In this document: in pieces, positions 27,556 to 40,802 of the stretch
Layout of the letters: every line of letters starts with the position of its first letter
How positions within the stretch are numbered: position 1 is the first letter of the stretch
Source: Lama glama
Taxonomy: Eukaryota
NCBI GenBank assembly: GCA_028534125.1
Contig: CM052816.1
Coordinates: 93,808,001-93,872,000, forward strand
Reading direction: 5' to 3'
Length of the DNA stretch: 64,000 nt
Made by a program: the position numbers and the translations under genes
Notes under the pieces: generated by a model
The model's input: only the letters and a program-made list of their open reading frames with translations
The model's database searches: none
What the model was told of the DNA's origin: nothing

Positions 27556-27823
27556 TTTTTTAATTTTAATTTCTGATCACTAGGGAAGTTAGTTGAACAA
27601 TTCTTTTATTAATATATTTTTATTGAAGTATAGTCAGTTTACAATGTTGTGTCAATTTCTGGTGCGCAGCACAATACTTCAGTCGTATAGGAACATACAT
27701 ATTCTTTTTAATTATAAGTTACTACAAGATAATGAATACAGTTCCCTGTGCTATACAGTATAAACTTGTCATTTATCTATTTTATATATAGTAGTTAGTA
27801 TCTGCAAATCTTGAACTCCCAAT
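27556..27823 (-). mobile_element. Short young camelid L1 3' end with probable 3' transduction
   Basis: tttttattgaagtatagtcagtttacaatgttgtgtcaatttctggtg...; TSD caaaaa(g/t)tag(c/t)att at 27542-27555 and 27824-27837. Confidence 0.85.
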
Positions 27824-28184
27824 CAAAAATTAGTATTGTTAATCAAACTATTATATCTCATAAAATGTAAGTCTGTGCACCTATTAAAAACAGTGCTGTG
27901 TCTCTACATTTACCAAATCAGAATAGATCTGTAAGTGAAAGAACAGGGATTTGGTGCACAACACATGTTAATGTGTATGTACTTATGTTAAAGATCCAGG
28001 TTGTATTCCTTAGCAGACAAGACTGATAAGAGCTGGGACTGAGTCGTCTTGTTCACTCCTCTCTTCCTAGCATTTCTGCTAACTGCTGGCTAACATGGGC
28101 CTAACCTGTATGCGCTCCAATGTCTGTCTCTTCATTACCATTTCCACCTGGCTTCGTGGTTCCTCTACTTCAGAGCGAGGTGTT

Positions 28185-28533
28185 TGTACCAGTTTGCTAG
28201 GGCTGCCTTAACAAGATACCACGGGCTGGGTGGCTTAAACATTTAGGAATGCATTGTCTCACAGTTCCAGCGGCGTAAGATCAAGTAAGCTCAAGATCAA
28301 ACTGTGGCAAGTTTGGCTTCCCTGAGGCCTCACTCCTTGGCTTGCAGACGGCCGCCTTCTCCTGGTGTGCTCATGTTATTTCCTCTGTGCACACACGTTC
28401 CTGGTGACTCTTCGTGTGTACAGCTTTCCTCTTGTTACAAGGACATTAATCAGATTGGATTAGGATCTATATGATATCATTTAAATTTAATTACTGCTTT
28501 AAAGGTCCTATCCCCAAGTATAGTCATATTCTG
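28185..28533 (-). mobile_element. MaLR LTR, MLT1B-like (5' end missing)
   Basis: tgtaccagtttgctagggctgccttaacaagataccac...cttgcagacggccgccttctc...agtcatattctga. Truncation is followed by a ~19-bp recopy (tgctttaagggtcctatccc). Confidence 0.85.
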
Positions 28534-28789
28534 ATGCTTTAAGGGTCCTATCCCTACACCTACCTGCTATGAAGTAAACAACTAATGCTGACTTACTAAA
28601 GAACAGAAAATGTTGAGCATGGGTACTCAAGAATTTTTAATCTCTATTTAGCATCTTCTATATGCAAACGCTATGAATGGTTTTGTTTTTGTGAATTGCA
28701 CATGTTATCTGATTTGGAATTCTGATCAGTCAACGTGTTGCTTATAAGGATTGCTCTGATGCATTGACTGGCACTGATAACTGCTTTTC

Positions 28790-29128
28790 TCACTTGTTCT
28801 TAGCCATCTCTACATCTCAGCTTTGCCAGTCTCTGGATGGGGTGCCCTGGAAGGCCAGGGAAGCTCTTTTGGCTGTGGAGTCCCCTCTTGGCACTGAGCA
28901 ATGCTGGCTTGGTGGATGGGATTATATAGGGAAAACGGAGTTGTTTCTCCTTCCCCTTTTGTGTGATTATTCTCAGGCATTTTTCTTCTACTGGGTTGCT
29001 GAAATTTCTAAATTGGAACTCCAGAGCTCTCCCAGAGAGTTCTGGTTTGTGAAAAGCTGTCTAAATGTGGACCTTTGTTGGTGGACAGGCCTGGAGTATT
29101 CTAGTCTGCCATCTTGGTGACATCACTC
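28790..29128 (-). mobile_element. L1M 5' terminal fragment
   Basis: Ends in ctagtctgccatcttggtgacatcactc, the YY1-type gccatcttg motif typical of an antisense L1 5' terminus. Confidence 0.6.
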
Positions 29129-30029
29129 AAATAATTGATTCAAATAGCTTGATGAAATTTATTCAAATAATCTATGAAATTTATCCCAATAATTTGATGA
29201 AAGTTCAAGTGAATTTGGTTGACTCTTATCAAACTACCTATTAACCTCCTTTCTATGATTCATGTTTGATCTACTGATCTATTAGAACGATCCAAGCTGC
29301 TTGTGCAAATAACATGAAAAGATTATCAATACGAAGTGGGTATGGCAGCTGGGACTGCCCTGTTTTAAACTGATCTCAGGTATACATTCTGGTTGACTGA
29401 CAACAAAATAAGCATTATTGTAAGAAGAACAAAATGATGAACTGCAAAAAAAGAAGCTTACATCTTATCAAGAAAAGCATTTGTCCCGATAGCTGTAAAT
29501 ATATATATTTTTTCTCTTTACAGGGATTGCGCCTCCAAAAAGTTGAATGCATTCTATTTATATCTCTCTCCTGTCTGAGGCAGGCATGCCAAATTTTCTG
29601 ATTCAGTAGTTGCAAGGCTCTACATAAAATGCAATGAAATTTTTCTTATTTGCCTTGAATAGTGAATACTTAGAGCAGAATACCTGAGTCTATGAGTCTG
29701 GTCAAGAGACATTTTTTAATGTTTTAGGGAAATTAAACAGCTGAATGAAGAAAATCAGAAACTCTTGGTATTTTTCTGTCTATTTAATTCTATTTTAAGA
29801 GAAATAATACTGACAGAAATTTAAGTATTTTATTGTGCACTGTTTCAGAGGATGCTTCAGAGGTTAGAGATAAACATCTCATACATAAAGATTTGAATTC
29901 AGACATTTTATATATTCATAGAATTCCAGTGTTTAGCATCTAATCATATGAGTGATATTTCTTTTGATATTATACTTGCTAGTGGGTGAGTATAAACAGG
30001 CAATATTATCAAAAAAATTTTGAGGTTTG

Positions 30030-30425
30030 TTTTTATTGAGGTAACTGATTTACAGTATACATGTTTCCCATGTACATTATAATTGGACTTCTGGCACACT
30101 ATAGCATGCCACTAAAATTCTAGTTTCCAGCTATTACCATACAATTCACTCCCTTTACTAATTTTTCCCTACCCCAATCCTCTTCCTCTCTGGTAAGCAT
30201 CAATCTGTTCTCTGTATCTAAGTATTTGTTATCTATGGTTTGTCTATGTTCTTTTTCCACATATATACCATATATGACTGAACTCATATGGTATTTGTCT
30301 TTTTCTGTCTGACATTTTTCTCTTAGCATAACACCCTCAAGTTCCATACTGTTGTTGCAAAGGGAAAGATTTCATCTTTTTTTCAATGGCTGAATGTATC
30401 TTATTGTATGTATATATATATATAC

Positions 30426-30459
<34 letters not shown>

Positions 30460-31357
30460 GGCATCTTTATCCATTCATCCATCCATGGGGACTTAGGTTA
30501 TTTCCACAGCTTGGCTAATGTAAATAATACTGGGATGAATGTGGGCATGCATATATTTTTTTAATTACTGGTTTTCGTATTTTGGGGGTAAGTACCCAGA
30601 AGTGGAAAAGCTGGATCATATGGTAGTTCTATTCCTAATTTTTGGATGAGTTTCCATGCTGTTCTCCATAGCAGCTGGACCAATTTACATTCCCACCAAC
30701 AGTTCAGGAGAGCTTCCTTTTCTCACATCCTTGCCAACACTTATTTCTTGTCTTTTTGATATAGTCATTCTGACAGGTGTGAGGTGATATCTCATTGTGG
30801 TCTTGATTTGCATTTCTCTAATAATTAGTGACATTGAACATCTTTTCATGTGCCTGTTGGCCATCTGTGTATCTTCTTTGGAAAAATGTTTATTCAGATC
30901 TCTGCTCATTTTTTAATTGGGTTGTTGTTTTTATGTTGTTGAATTGTGTGAGTTTTTAAAGTGTATTTTAGACATTAACCCCTTATTGGATATATGACTT
31001 TCAAATGTCCTCTCCCATTTGATAGTTATCTTTTCATATTGTTGATGGTTTCCTTTGCAATGCAAAAGCTTCTTAGCTTAATGGAGTCCCACTTGTTTAT
31101 TTTTGCTTTTGTTTCCATTTCTTAAGAGACATATCCAAAAGGATATTACTAAGACTGATGTTAAAGTGTGTACTGCCCATGTTTTCTTCTAGTTGTTTTA
31201 TGGTTCCAAATCTTCAATGCATTTTGAGTTAATTTTGGTGAACGATGTAAGACAGTGGTCGAGTTTCATTCTTTTGCATGTGACTGTTCAGTTTCCCCAA
31301 CATCATTTACTGAGGAGACTTTCCTTTCTCCAGTGTATGTTCTAGGCTCCTTTGTCA
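30030..31357 (-). mobile_element. LINE-1 3' portion (ORF2 C-terminus + 3' UTR)
   Basis: ORFs 30685-30909 ([22 protein letters not shown]...[18 protein letters not shown]) and 30120-30347; internal (TA)n at 30407-30459. Confidence 0.93.
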
Positions 31358-34134
31358 TTTATTTATCTTAATGATGAGTAAACAGAAGCTCATAAATGTT
31401 GATTGGTTTGTTCACTGTCAGGTAGCCTATTCAAAGTGGAGGCAGGATTTGGATCCTAAGACACATTATATTAATAATACACCTCTTGACAGAGAGAGAT
31501 GAGAAGAGCTGAAGTACAGTTAATAATACTGTATTGCACACTTGAGATTTGTTAAGTGTTCTTACTCCAATAAAATTAATAAATACGCTGCATGCATTAA
31601 AAATTAAAAAAGAAAAAGAATCCAGAGACAGTACAGCTGAGACGATTCTTCCATGTGACACTGGGATAGCACAGTGCACAGAGGAGCATAGCACGCTCAT
31701 TCAGAGATACGGAAAAATACTTGGCACAGAGGGTTACAAATATCCCTTCAAAGGCTTGACCCTTATAAAGGAGTCCTGACTGTTTGCTGCACTTGGAGGT
31801 ACAACCATATGCTTCCAGATATTCTCAGGAGGAACACTTTGGCTAAGATTTTGATTTTTTGAAATTTGGGAATAAACATGTCCATTGAAACATACTAATA
31901 TTCTAAAAGTAAAACGTTGGATCTAAGCTGTGCATTGACTTTGTTAATCTGTGCCAAGTTCAGCTATACTCATCATCATTTTTTAATTCATTTGTCTAAG
32001 GATTTTCCAAGATACCCAAAGCTTTCATGGTAATTACTAGCTTTATGAAAAAGTAGGAGCACTTTTGAAATAGAATATAAGCCTACCTGCTTGTTAAAAT
32101 GCCAACAGAAATTTTGTGTACTTTAAAAATTAGAATGCCACTTTTATTAGCCACACAACGGTGCCCTCACAGAGTGATTAATAATTTCATGCAAAGAAAC
32201 AAGGCAGTGATAAAATTACATGCAAAGATTTTTGAGAGAAGCATTGTATTTATACTTTAAAACTTGTACAATGAACACAACCTTAAGTTTTAGGTTTTCC
32301 TCTTCAGAATTATTAAATTTACAAAATCCAGATTATAAAAATGTTTCAGTAAGTTTTAAAAAAATAATGCCAATTTTATAAAATATAAGATTTAGTAAAT
32401 ACCCATTATCCAGGCTTATGTGTGGTCCACATTTTCTATAGAAGCAAAGTAAAATAAATAAATATAGACATCTGTGCACAGCATATGACATGATTCTGGA
32501 CCTTCTTTAAGCACTTAATGAATACCTCAAATTTGTCCTACAACATAGGTTAACTAATCTTGGTTAACCCTGAAGCTATGGTCTCATTTTACAAAGCTAA
32601 TTATTTAAACATACTTGCCACAGACAAACATCGATATTTAACAGATTAAATTTGAGTGTTGTCTCTTGAAAGAGATGACATGGATACCTAAGCATATGCT
32701 CACAAAGAGAATTAGAAGGGGGCTCACCATCTTTTTTCACTGATAAGAGAATTCATCAGAATCTACAATTCTTGGTACTAGAAGTGGTATGGTCCCAAAT
32801 GCCTGCAGATTAATCTTCAGGACCCATGAAATAAATCAGTGTTTTAGACTTAAAACCTAAAAAATAATTCATTTATATTCTCATTTATGATTCGTATTTG
32901 TGTCACTTATTATTTTATTTAATCAGTGCTATGTGAAGAATTAAAACGAAAAACGATGATTTTCTCATTCACCAAAGATTCTATTTTTATATATTGCAGA
33001 TTAGAAGCCTGAGTAATGCTCACGAATACACGTGAGATGAGGTTCGTCTGTTACATTTTCATCCAGATTTCTGGCAAAGATTCAGTTTTCTTATTATTCC
33101 ATAGCTTCACATAGAAAAGCAATTATAAAGTTTTTCAGTGGACCAAATTAATATGCTTATTCTATCAAAGTTGTGTTAAATACAGAAATAAAAATCAAAG
33201 CCAATGTGCTGTTTTCACTTCTTAAAATAAATCCTGTGGTCTTGTCAAATAAGCCATGTTGTAACTTCTTTAAAAATAACGTGGCATGTATTCTGACATG
33301 AAGGCATGTTTTTTCTGAGCAACTCAGATCTATCTTTGATGTAGTTATAAGCCAAAGGGCATGTGAAAAAGTAAAAAAAAAAAAAAAAGTTGTAATTTAC
33401 TCTATATAACTTAGAGGCAGGGTGGATTTGAGTGATAAATTAGTTACAGGAATTAAAAAGACACTGCAGGGTTCATGTTGCTTATTAGGAATGAGTGATG
33501 TTCAAACTTGATTAAATTACACTTCAACAGATTCTTTCTTTGACTTAAACTTTATTTTACCCAGATAACAGCAAAAAAAAAAAAAAAGTTAAAGTTCTTT
33601 TTTATCATTCTCTAGTGAAGATAATGGTATTTCCTGAGTAGTATTTCTTCCTTCATATTGGATTGAAGCATTAACTTGTAATTATTTTATCATGATAATT
33701 TAATAAGCAAGTGATACAAACTGAGCTCCATAATGATCAATTCCTTTCTGATTCTCTTATAAAGATGATATATTAAAATGTTATTATATTTATAAAAAGT
33801 TCTTGCACAGTTCTAATAAAATTAGTCAAATCTTAATGATAATTATTAAAAAGGAAAATTGTATAGCAGGGAAAGTGGTAAATTTGTCATGAAAATCCCT
33901 ATATTTCAGTCCCTGCTTAGGAAATGTATTTCTGATTGTCATCAATTACGTCACTAAACTTCAATGAATATCAATTTGCTTTACCTGTTTTTTTTTCTTT
34001 TGATTGTTAGTAAATCAGAAAAGAAATATATTTTAAAAACTTTAAACTATCGAACAAAGTATATTTCAAAGGTATTTTAAAACAGGAACTGTATTTCACA
34101 ACATAAAAAACAAAATAAAATCATGCTATTATTA

Positions 34135-35020
34135 TGAAAGGGAGGCGGACCCTGTACTCTCCCCCCTGAACCCCAGCCTCTTATTTATAGAAAGGCTGGT
34201 CTCCCAGGCCTCCCTGAGTCATAGCAGAGCAGGCTCAAGCAGTTGAGGACAAGCCTGCAGGCACTGAAGGATGACAATGTCTCTGACCACCTATTTCAAC
34301 AATTCACTGGGATTATTCCTTCATCTCCCTTTAGAACTTTCATGGTTGAACAGAGTCTTTGGAGATGATTTGAGGAGGGTGGGGGTAGGGTGCTGGATCC
34401 ACCAGATTGCAGGCACTCTGATTAAAAGCAACTTTCCTTTTTGTTACTAAGGCTGTTGCCCCCAGGATCATACTCCTGCCCTCCCTCATCTAGAAACTGA
34501 CTAAGTCTCAGGAGACAGCTGCAGAAAGAAACAAGAACTGATTCGAACGATGGAGTCCAAGGTGGTGGAGGCTTTGACTTCCAGCGGACCTTGAGCCTCA
34601 TTACATGCTCATCGGAATGCATGAGCATCCTAAATGACACACTCACCAGCGCATGAGAGTTGATGATTATCATGACAACAACTAGAAAAGTCCATATACA
34701 AGGACCAAAAAACTCAAACAAGGTCTGATTGGCTCATCACACCCAGAAGGAGGGCATGGTGGCAGAAGCTTCCCATAAAAGCCCGCATGGCCCGACCCGG
34801 GCCAGAGCCAGCCTGGCTGGCAGCTCCCAGCTCAAGCACCTCGTCCTCTCTCAGGTGCTTGTCTTCCCTTCTCCCTGCTGGAGCACTTTCCTTCCTTTAC
34901 GCCTTTGGAGCAATAAAGCTTTGTCCCTGTGCCTCTGCTGTGCAAATTCTTTCACAGCCTGTGGCAAGAACGCACACTTAGGTGGGCCTCCTAACTTAGG
35001 GGTCCTTCCACCTGGTAACA
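34135..35020 (+). mobile_element. ERV1-class solo LTR (~886 bp)
   Basis: TG...CA termini (tgaaagggagg ... cctggtaaca); 4-bp TSD atta/atta; TATA-like cataaaa at about 34774; AATAAA at about 34912; AP-1 TGAGTCA at 34215-34221. Confidence 0.85.
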
Positions 35021-35216
35021 ATTACAAACTTCAAACGATGTAGTAATCAGTGTAAATCCTTCAATTAAAACTTTAAATGTTCGTTTAAAAATCGCCATTA
35101 TTCAGCAAGTGATTATTGTTGCCACGTACTGTGCCAAGTTCTCAACGTACTTTCTCCCCCACAAATGTGTACAGCTCTCTTGTGAGGTATTGATGTCCAT
35201 TTGTATACTGCGAAAC

Positions 35217-35695
35217 TGTTGCTGCAAAACTGGCCTCTGCACCCCAAAAGCCAGACTGAGACTCGGAGGCAGAGTTTTGGGAGAAAAAAGAACAGCTTTA
35301 TCGCTTTGCCAGGCAAAGAGGAGTCATAGAAGGCTCATGTCTTGGAGACTGTGAATCCATCTTGGGGGTGGGGTCGTGAGGTTTTATAGAAAAACTGGAT
35401 GGAACAGAAACGTTGGTAACAGTCAGGGAGCTTTACAAGCCGCTGCTACATTCCCCTTAACCTTGGAGTCATGGGGAACCGCAGAGGGTCTGTCCATTCT
35501 TCTGAGATTATCAGCCCAGTACCTTCTTCCTGGAGCGCAGCCTCTGGGTTAAAGCTATTATAAAGAACGAGGGAGAAGTTTGGGGTTGCTTAGCACAAAA
35601 GCAGTAAGGGAGAGGAAGCAAATGCAGGATTGCTCAGTCAGAATCAGCAAGCTGTTTTAGCATCAGGGAGGTTTAGTTCCTTTCTTACTCCTTCA
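35217..35695 (-). mobile_element. Complete ERV1-class solo LTR inserted in a MIR
   Basis: tgttgctgcaaaactggc ... cttactccttca with perfect 4-bp TSD aaac (35213-35216, 35696-35699); MIR-like sequence on both sides. Confidence 0.88.
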
Positions 35696-35741
35696 AAACC
35701 TCAATACGGGGTGCAAATAATTAAACTCACATGTCTGTTTG

Positions 35742-36037
35742 GAGGAGCAGGCTGACAATCTCAGGAGAAGGCACAGACCATCTGCAGTTCCCTGAGACGG
35801 GGAGGTTAAGAGGAATGTACTAGCATCCTGTAAAATGCACTGACTTTTATCACCTTTTTGGATCCATCCAGTTTTTCTATAAAACCTCAAGACCACACCC
35901 CCAGACAGATTCACAGTCTTTAAGACATTAACTCCCCTTTGTCTGGCAAAGCAGTAAAGCTGTTCTTTTTCTCCCAAAACTCTACCTCTGAGTCTCAATC
36001 TGGCTTTCAGGGTACAGAAGCCAGTTTTGGGGCAACA
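35742..36037 (+). mobile_element. 5'-truncated LTR of the same family, opposite orientation
   Basis: Reverse-complement similarity to about 35217-35525 (ccatccagtttttctataaaacctca; taaagctgttctttttctcccaaaactct; ends gcaaca). Confidence 0.88.
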
Positions 36038-36733
36038 TAGTAACTGTCAAAAAGCAAACTGAGAAAGAACGGGCAGCTTGTAAAAATCCATAAAAACATG
36101 ATTAAAATCTTCACTTTCCAAACTTGAAGCTACATGGAAATATTAAAATAGATGATTGTTACAAATTTTACCTTCTTAAAAATGGCAAATACTCCTGTTT
36201 CAAAGGGTATAAAAATTAGAGACCACATCTTAATGTATATTTTATGCAATCATGCACTAAAAGGAAAGAACAGAGGGATAATTTATTAAAATACACTGCT
36301 TTAAATGAAATGTTTACTAATAAAACCAGATCTTACATTTTGAAAACATAGCAAATGTGAAATAAAAAATAAATTCTCCTTTGAAGGGTTTAATGATTGT
36401 TATGAGAAAGTATACTGAGAAAATGTTGGCTACATCACCAAGAATCAACTTGACGTAAACAAAAAACTAGTTTATATTGTATAAATGCAAATTTAAAAGT
36501 GAAGGTAGACTCAAAAAATTTCAATATTAAATTATTTTTTCTAATCCTGCTGTTTTAGTCAGAATACCCTATTAGATACGTGTAGGAAATTTTTATAGGA
36601 ATCAAAATTCTCATTTTAGGCTACTAATCTAATTAAAACTCAGTAATTTGAAGAGTATATTGTCAGAGAATAGCAAAGCTATATTTGAATGGGATGCCAA
36701 ACCATTATTTTATAATAAAGGATGATGCTAAAC

Positions 36734-36777
36734 ATTATAGTAGCCAACAATATAAAATTATAGTAGCCAACAATATA
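36734..36777. repeat. 23-bp-period tandem duplication
   Basis: attatagtagccaacaatata at 36734-36754 and 36757-36777. Confidence 0.9.
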
Positions 36778-37394
36778 TAGGCAAATTTGGAGAAAATCTA
36801 AGTTTGGAATGTTCTGAGTTATCCTCACTACTTTTCTAGGCATTGAAAATAGCAGAAACTCATCTTCATGGCTTCATAAACCCAGAAAATCAGTCAGATT
36901 AACAATAAAAATGTGAAGTATAATAAAAATGAAGAGTCCCAAGTGTGAATGGATCCTCTTATTAGTAAGCCTAAAAATACCCTCATTTAAAAATTGTCCT
37001 TACCTACCCACCATTTGATTGGTTTTGATATTTTTCTTTCAAAGTTCACAATGATTCCATAAATTTAGTGTGACAGCTGGCCAATTTGGTGTCTTCATGG
37101 TATTGAAACAATAGGAAAATAAAAGAATACTATATACCTTGGTGTAACTGACCCTTTCTATCTTTAATGGGTATTGAATTATGGAAACTTACTTTCTCCA
37201 TCTATGAGAGGTGACCATGTGAGGAGGAATATAAGTTCTTAGCGTGATTTTCAAATAAATTATGCAATGTTTTATATTTTATCTTCTTCCAATTTATTTT
37301 TAATTTATTTCTCAGTATGATATTACATGATTTGCCAACATCATTTAACAAAGCTTTTTCTCAACTTAACCATTGTTTCATTGGACAGTAGTAA

Positions 37395-38075
37395 ACACAC
37401 TCTCCTTGGTTTTTTTTCTCCAATTTAACTAGCCTTGTTAGCCTACTTTGACATTTTTCTCCTTATCTTTTCAACCTCACAAGATCTGTCTTCAAAATCT
37501 CTTGTCTATGCTCACTTCCTACGTGAACTCATCCAGTCTCATGATTTTAAGTATCATCTCACTGCTGATGTTTTCAAAATTTATAGACTAATCAGGTGTT
37601 TCCCTGAATTCCAGTATCATCAAAATAAATAAATTACTCGCTGTCCCTTGACCATTTCATAAAATCTCTAAACAGGTCTCTCTCTACTTTACGAAGAGAA
37701 TTATTTTCATTATATATTTAAAAGACATTGAATTGTGGTAAAATATTTTTTTCTGTCTATGGGAGATGATCATACAATTATATCTATCCTGTTCTACTAT
37801 TCTTGGATTATTTTCACATTTCAAAAATATTTACTCTGACTATAAATAATTGATAGTCCTTTTAAATTTTCCAATTTTTCAGTAGCATATAACATCTTCT
37901 AATATATCATGCCATTTAAAATTTATTATAGATTTTTTTCTGACTACTCCAAACTGCATATAAGCTACACTTGGCAGAGATCTTTTATTATTATAATTAT
38001 GGCTAGAATTATTATTTACTTATGTATCTAAAACAGTATCTGGCATGCAGTAAGCATTCAATAAATTTTGGATGA
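37395..38075 (+). mobile_element. L2 fragments (with a short intervening L1-like piece)
   Basis: ctcatccagtctcatgattttaagtatcatct..tgctgatg; 3' end aaacagtatctggcatgcagtaagcattcaataaat. Confidence 0.7.
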
Positions 38076-38130
38076 AAGAAGAGAAAGAAAGGAAGGAAGG
38101 AAGGAGAAAGGAGGGAAGGGAGGAAGGAAA
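38075..38130. repeat. GA-rich (GGAA)n simple repeat
   Basis: Directly visible; probably the L2 tail. Confidence 0.85.
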
Positions 38131-38837
38131 CAGAATATAAAAATTAAGAAGAAAACTATTATTTTTGATTTAGATTTGGTATTTCTTCTTAGAAATATTG
38201 TATTGTAATGATTTTATTATCAAAATTGAAATCTAAGAAAGTATTTAAATTTAATAAATTTTATCTCTATAATTTTTATAATTATATTAAATGTACGATG
38301 TTTGCCCCATAGATAATGGTCATAGCCAGCCATTTTATCTTAAAGGGCATCCTGTTTTGGCTCAGATTTTGCTTGGGTAAATCATTTAATGTGATTCTTA
38401 AAGTACTTCTGACATCAAGACTTTCTAAATGAATTATACATCCCCTCAGTGCCTTGCGCTGAAATACCATTTCCCATCCTCCTGACAGATGATAACAGAA
38501 GGAAGCCATCAGGACAAAGAATGGAGATGCTCAACAGAAGACAAAAGGCAAGATCAAAATAAACAGTATCAAAGACAGAATTCAGAGACGTGAGAGACTC
38601 ACTAAAAGTGAATGGTGCTGCCATGTGACAAGCTTTGCTGTAAATTCAGAAAGACTTAGAACTTCTTCTTTAGTCAAATGTGTGACAAGCTCTGCTTTAA
38701 GCATTTATACTCCGATGGTATAATATGCCTTGGGATTCTTTAGAGGAAATGTTACTGATGAGGATACTTAGTAGCTTGTTGGGTTCAAAGTTCTTCTTGA
38801 AATACACCTGAGATCCTGCAGTGCTTCACCGATCAGC

Positions 38838-38917
38838 TGTTAAAGCACATTCAGAGATTTGATTACCTTAAAATTCATGTTAAAGCACATTCAGAGATTT
38901 GATTATCTTAAAATTCG
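38838..38917. repeat. 40-bp tandem duplication
   Basis: tgttaaagcacattcagagatttgatta(c/t)cttaaaattc(a/g) twice, 38/40 identical. Confidence 0.95.
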
Positions 38918-40632
38918 ATCTGAAACTACATGGACTCTCATGAGAAAATAGTCTAGTCTTTCATCATAGTTAAATGCCTTTTACTTTTTTATGAGGTATA
39001 TCCTTAAAAATGAGAATTGCCTTCCAAATGAATGTAATGCTATCCAGGTAAATAAAGGCAAATTTTACCTGATAGCCTGATCCTAAATAGCCCCTTTCAA
39101 AAATAAGTATCATCTCACACCCAAAAATAGATTTCTTGTTATGTTTCACTCAGCCAAAAGTGTAATCCTCTGACAGCATTTTAACAAATGTAGAAAAGAG
39201 ATAAGCTATTGAAAGTTTATTGAAATAATTCTCAATAAATACATTCCAATATCACAGTAATGTTTTAATGTGTTGGTTTTATCTCTGCCTCCAGCGATAA
39301 GAGGTGAAGCGGATATTGATTAAACAATAAAGGTGGAAATAATTAAACTGTGACTCATGAATCACGTCTTTAACCAAGTTGAGTGTTATATTTACAGTTT
39401 CATAAAATGGTATTTATCATATCTTAACTCCAGCATGTTAAGCTGATAGTGTTTCAGGATCTATCCTGTCAGTATGAGCCTTATGGATAGAAACATAGCG
39501 GGAGAATTATATTTAAAGGTCAATCAATGTTCGCATTTCCAGTTTCAGATCTTTTGCCTTTGTCATGTTAAATTATAGGGTAATATAATGTGCTCTCTTC
39601 CCATTTGGATTTCAGCTTAGTCAAAAAAAAGACAATGGAAGGCTGATCACTGACACATTTTCACATTCCCCAGGCACATACATAGCTTGTTATTGCTGTG
39701 TCTTTCGGAGGCAAGGAGTAATAAAAGTTAGAGAAATAGGTCAATTTTGTTTTACTGTGTTTGAGATTTTAGCAAATAGACGTAGAGAAATTCATGAACA
39801 GTGGGCTAAAGTAGACACATTCTTATTTTTCCCAGAAAATATAAAAATAAATGGTGTAATCTTGAAACTCTCTTTGAGGATCATTATCAAAATGCCCAGG
39901 GACAACGTAACTTCAAGGTGGTAAAAATTAAACCGTGATTTCTTTTCATTTTCCCCCATAACCCTGAAATGGAGTAACTGAAGGCAATGCAAAAGCGTAT
40001 GTATGTGAATAAACATGGAGACGAACAATAAGGCTACTTTCTTAAAATCATATCTAAAATCCCTTAAATTTGGATAGAACCTTTTAGTTCTCTTTGAGAA
40101 CACACAAAGCACTGGGAGACATAGTATAATTTTATAAATTGGCCCTAAATTAAGAACTAAAAGTAGAAAAATTAGAAGAAGGCCACTAAATTAATTTTCT
40201 TTCTGTATATTTCTTAACGTCTCTTATTTAACTTAATATAAAGAGAAAGTAAATGAAAATAAATATTCACAAAGTCATACTTTCTCGTTACCTATTCTTG
40301 TTCTGTGCAAAACATATTATACCAGATTCTGTATGTAGAGAAAACAAATTGAAATTGAAATCATCCAATGTAATTATTTTCAAATTGTGTTAAATTTAGA
40401 TTCCAATACTACTGATACATTTTCTGTTTAAAAATTACACACGTGCACACACACACCACACAAATACACATAGAAGCATCAAAATCTATCCCATTGCATT
40501 CATTTACTAGAATAGTAGGAGTCTTGCTTTGACCTTCAAAAGTCCGTGAGCTCCACCATTGGGATGTTAGTCAGTTTCTTCCAAATGTCACTCAAGAGAT
40601 ACCATTTAGGCATTCAGTGGGACTTTATAAAA

Positions 40633-40802
40633 AGCTTTATTGAGGTATAACTGACAACTAAAATTTGTATGTAATTAAAATGTACAATGAGATGTTTTGA
40701 TATGCATACACATCATGAAGTAATTACCACAATCAAGTTAAACATCCATCCATCACCTCATAGTTACGTGTGTGTGTGCATGTAGCAAGAACCCTGAAGA
40801 TA
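40633..40802 (-). mobile_element. L1MA 3' terminal fragment
   Basis: agctttattgaggtataactgacaa...attaccacaatcaagtta...catcacctcatagttac. Confidence 0.8.

Noticed and set aside
29505..29590. Strong plus-strand splice acceptor (ttttttctctttacag|g)
   Set aside because: No convincing GT donor or recognisable coding sequence follows; such motifs are common in AT-rich DNA.
34135..36037. Proviral ERV with internal genes
   Set aside because: No gag/pol/env or primer-binding site; the LTRs are of different families or opposite orientation, and two have their own TSDs.
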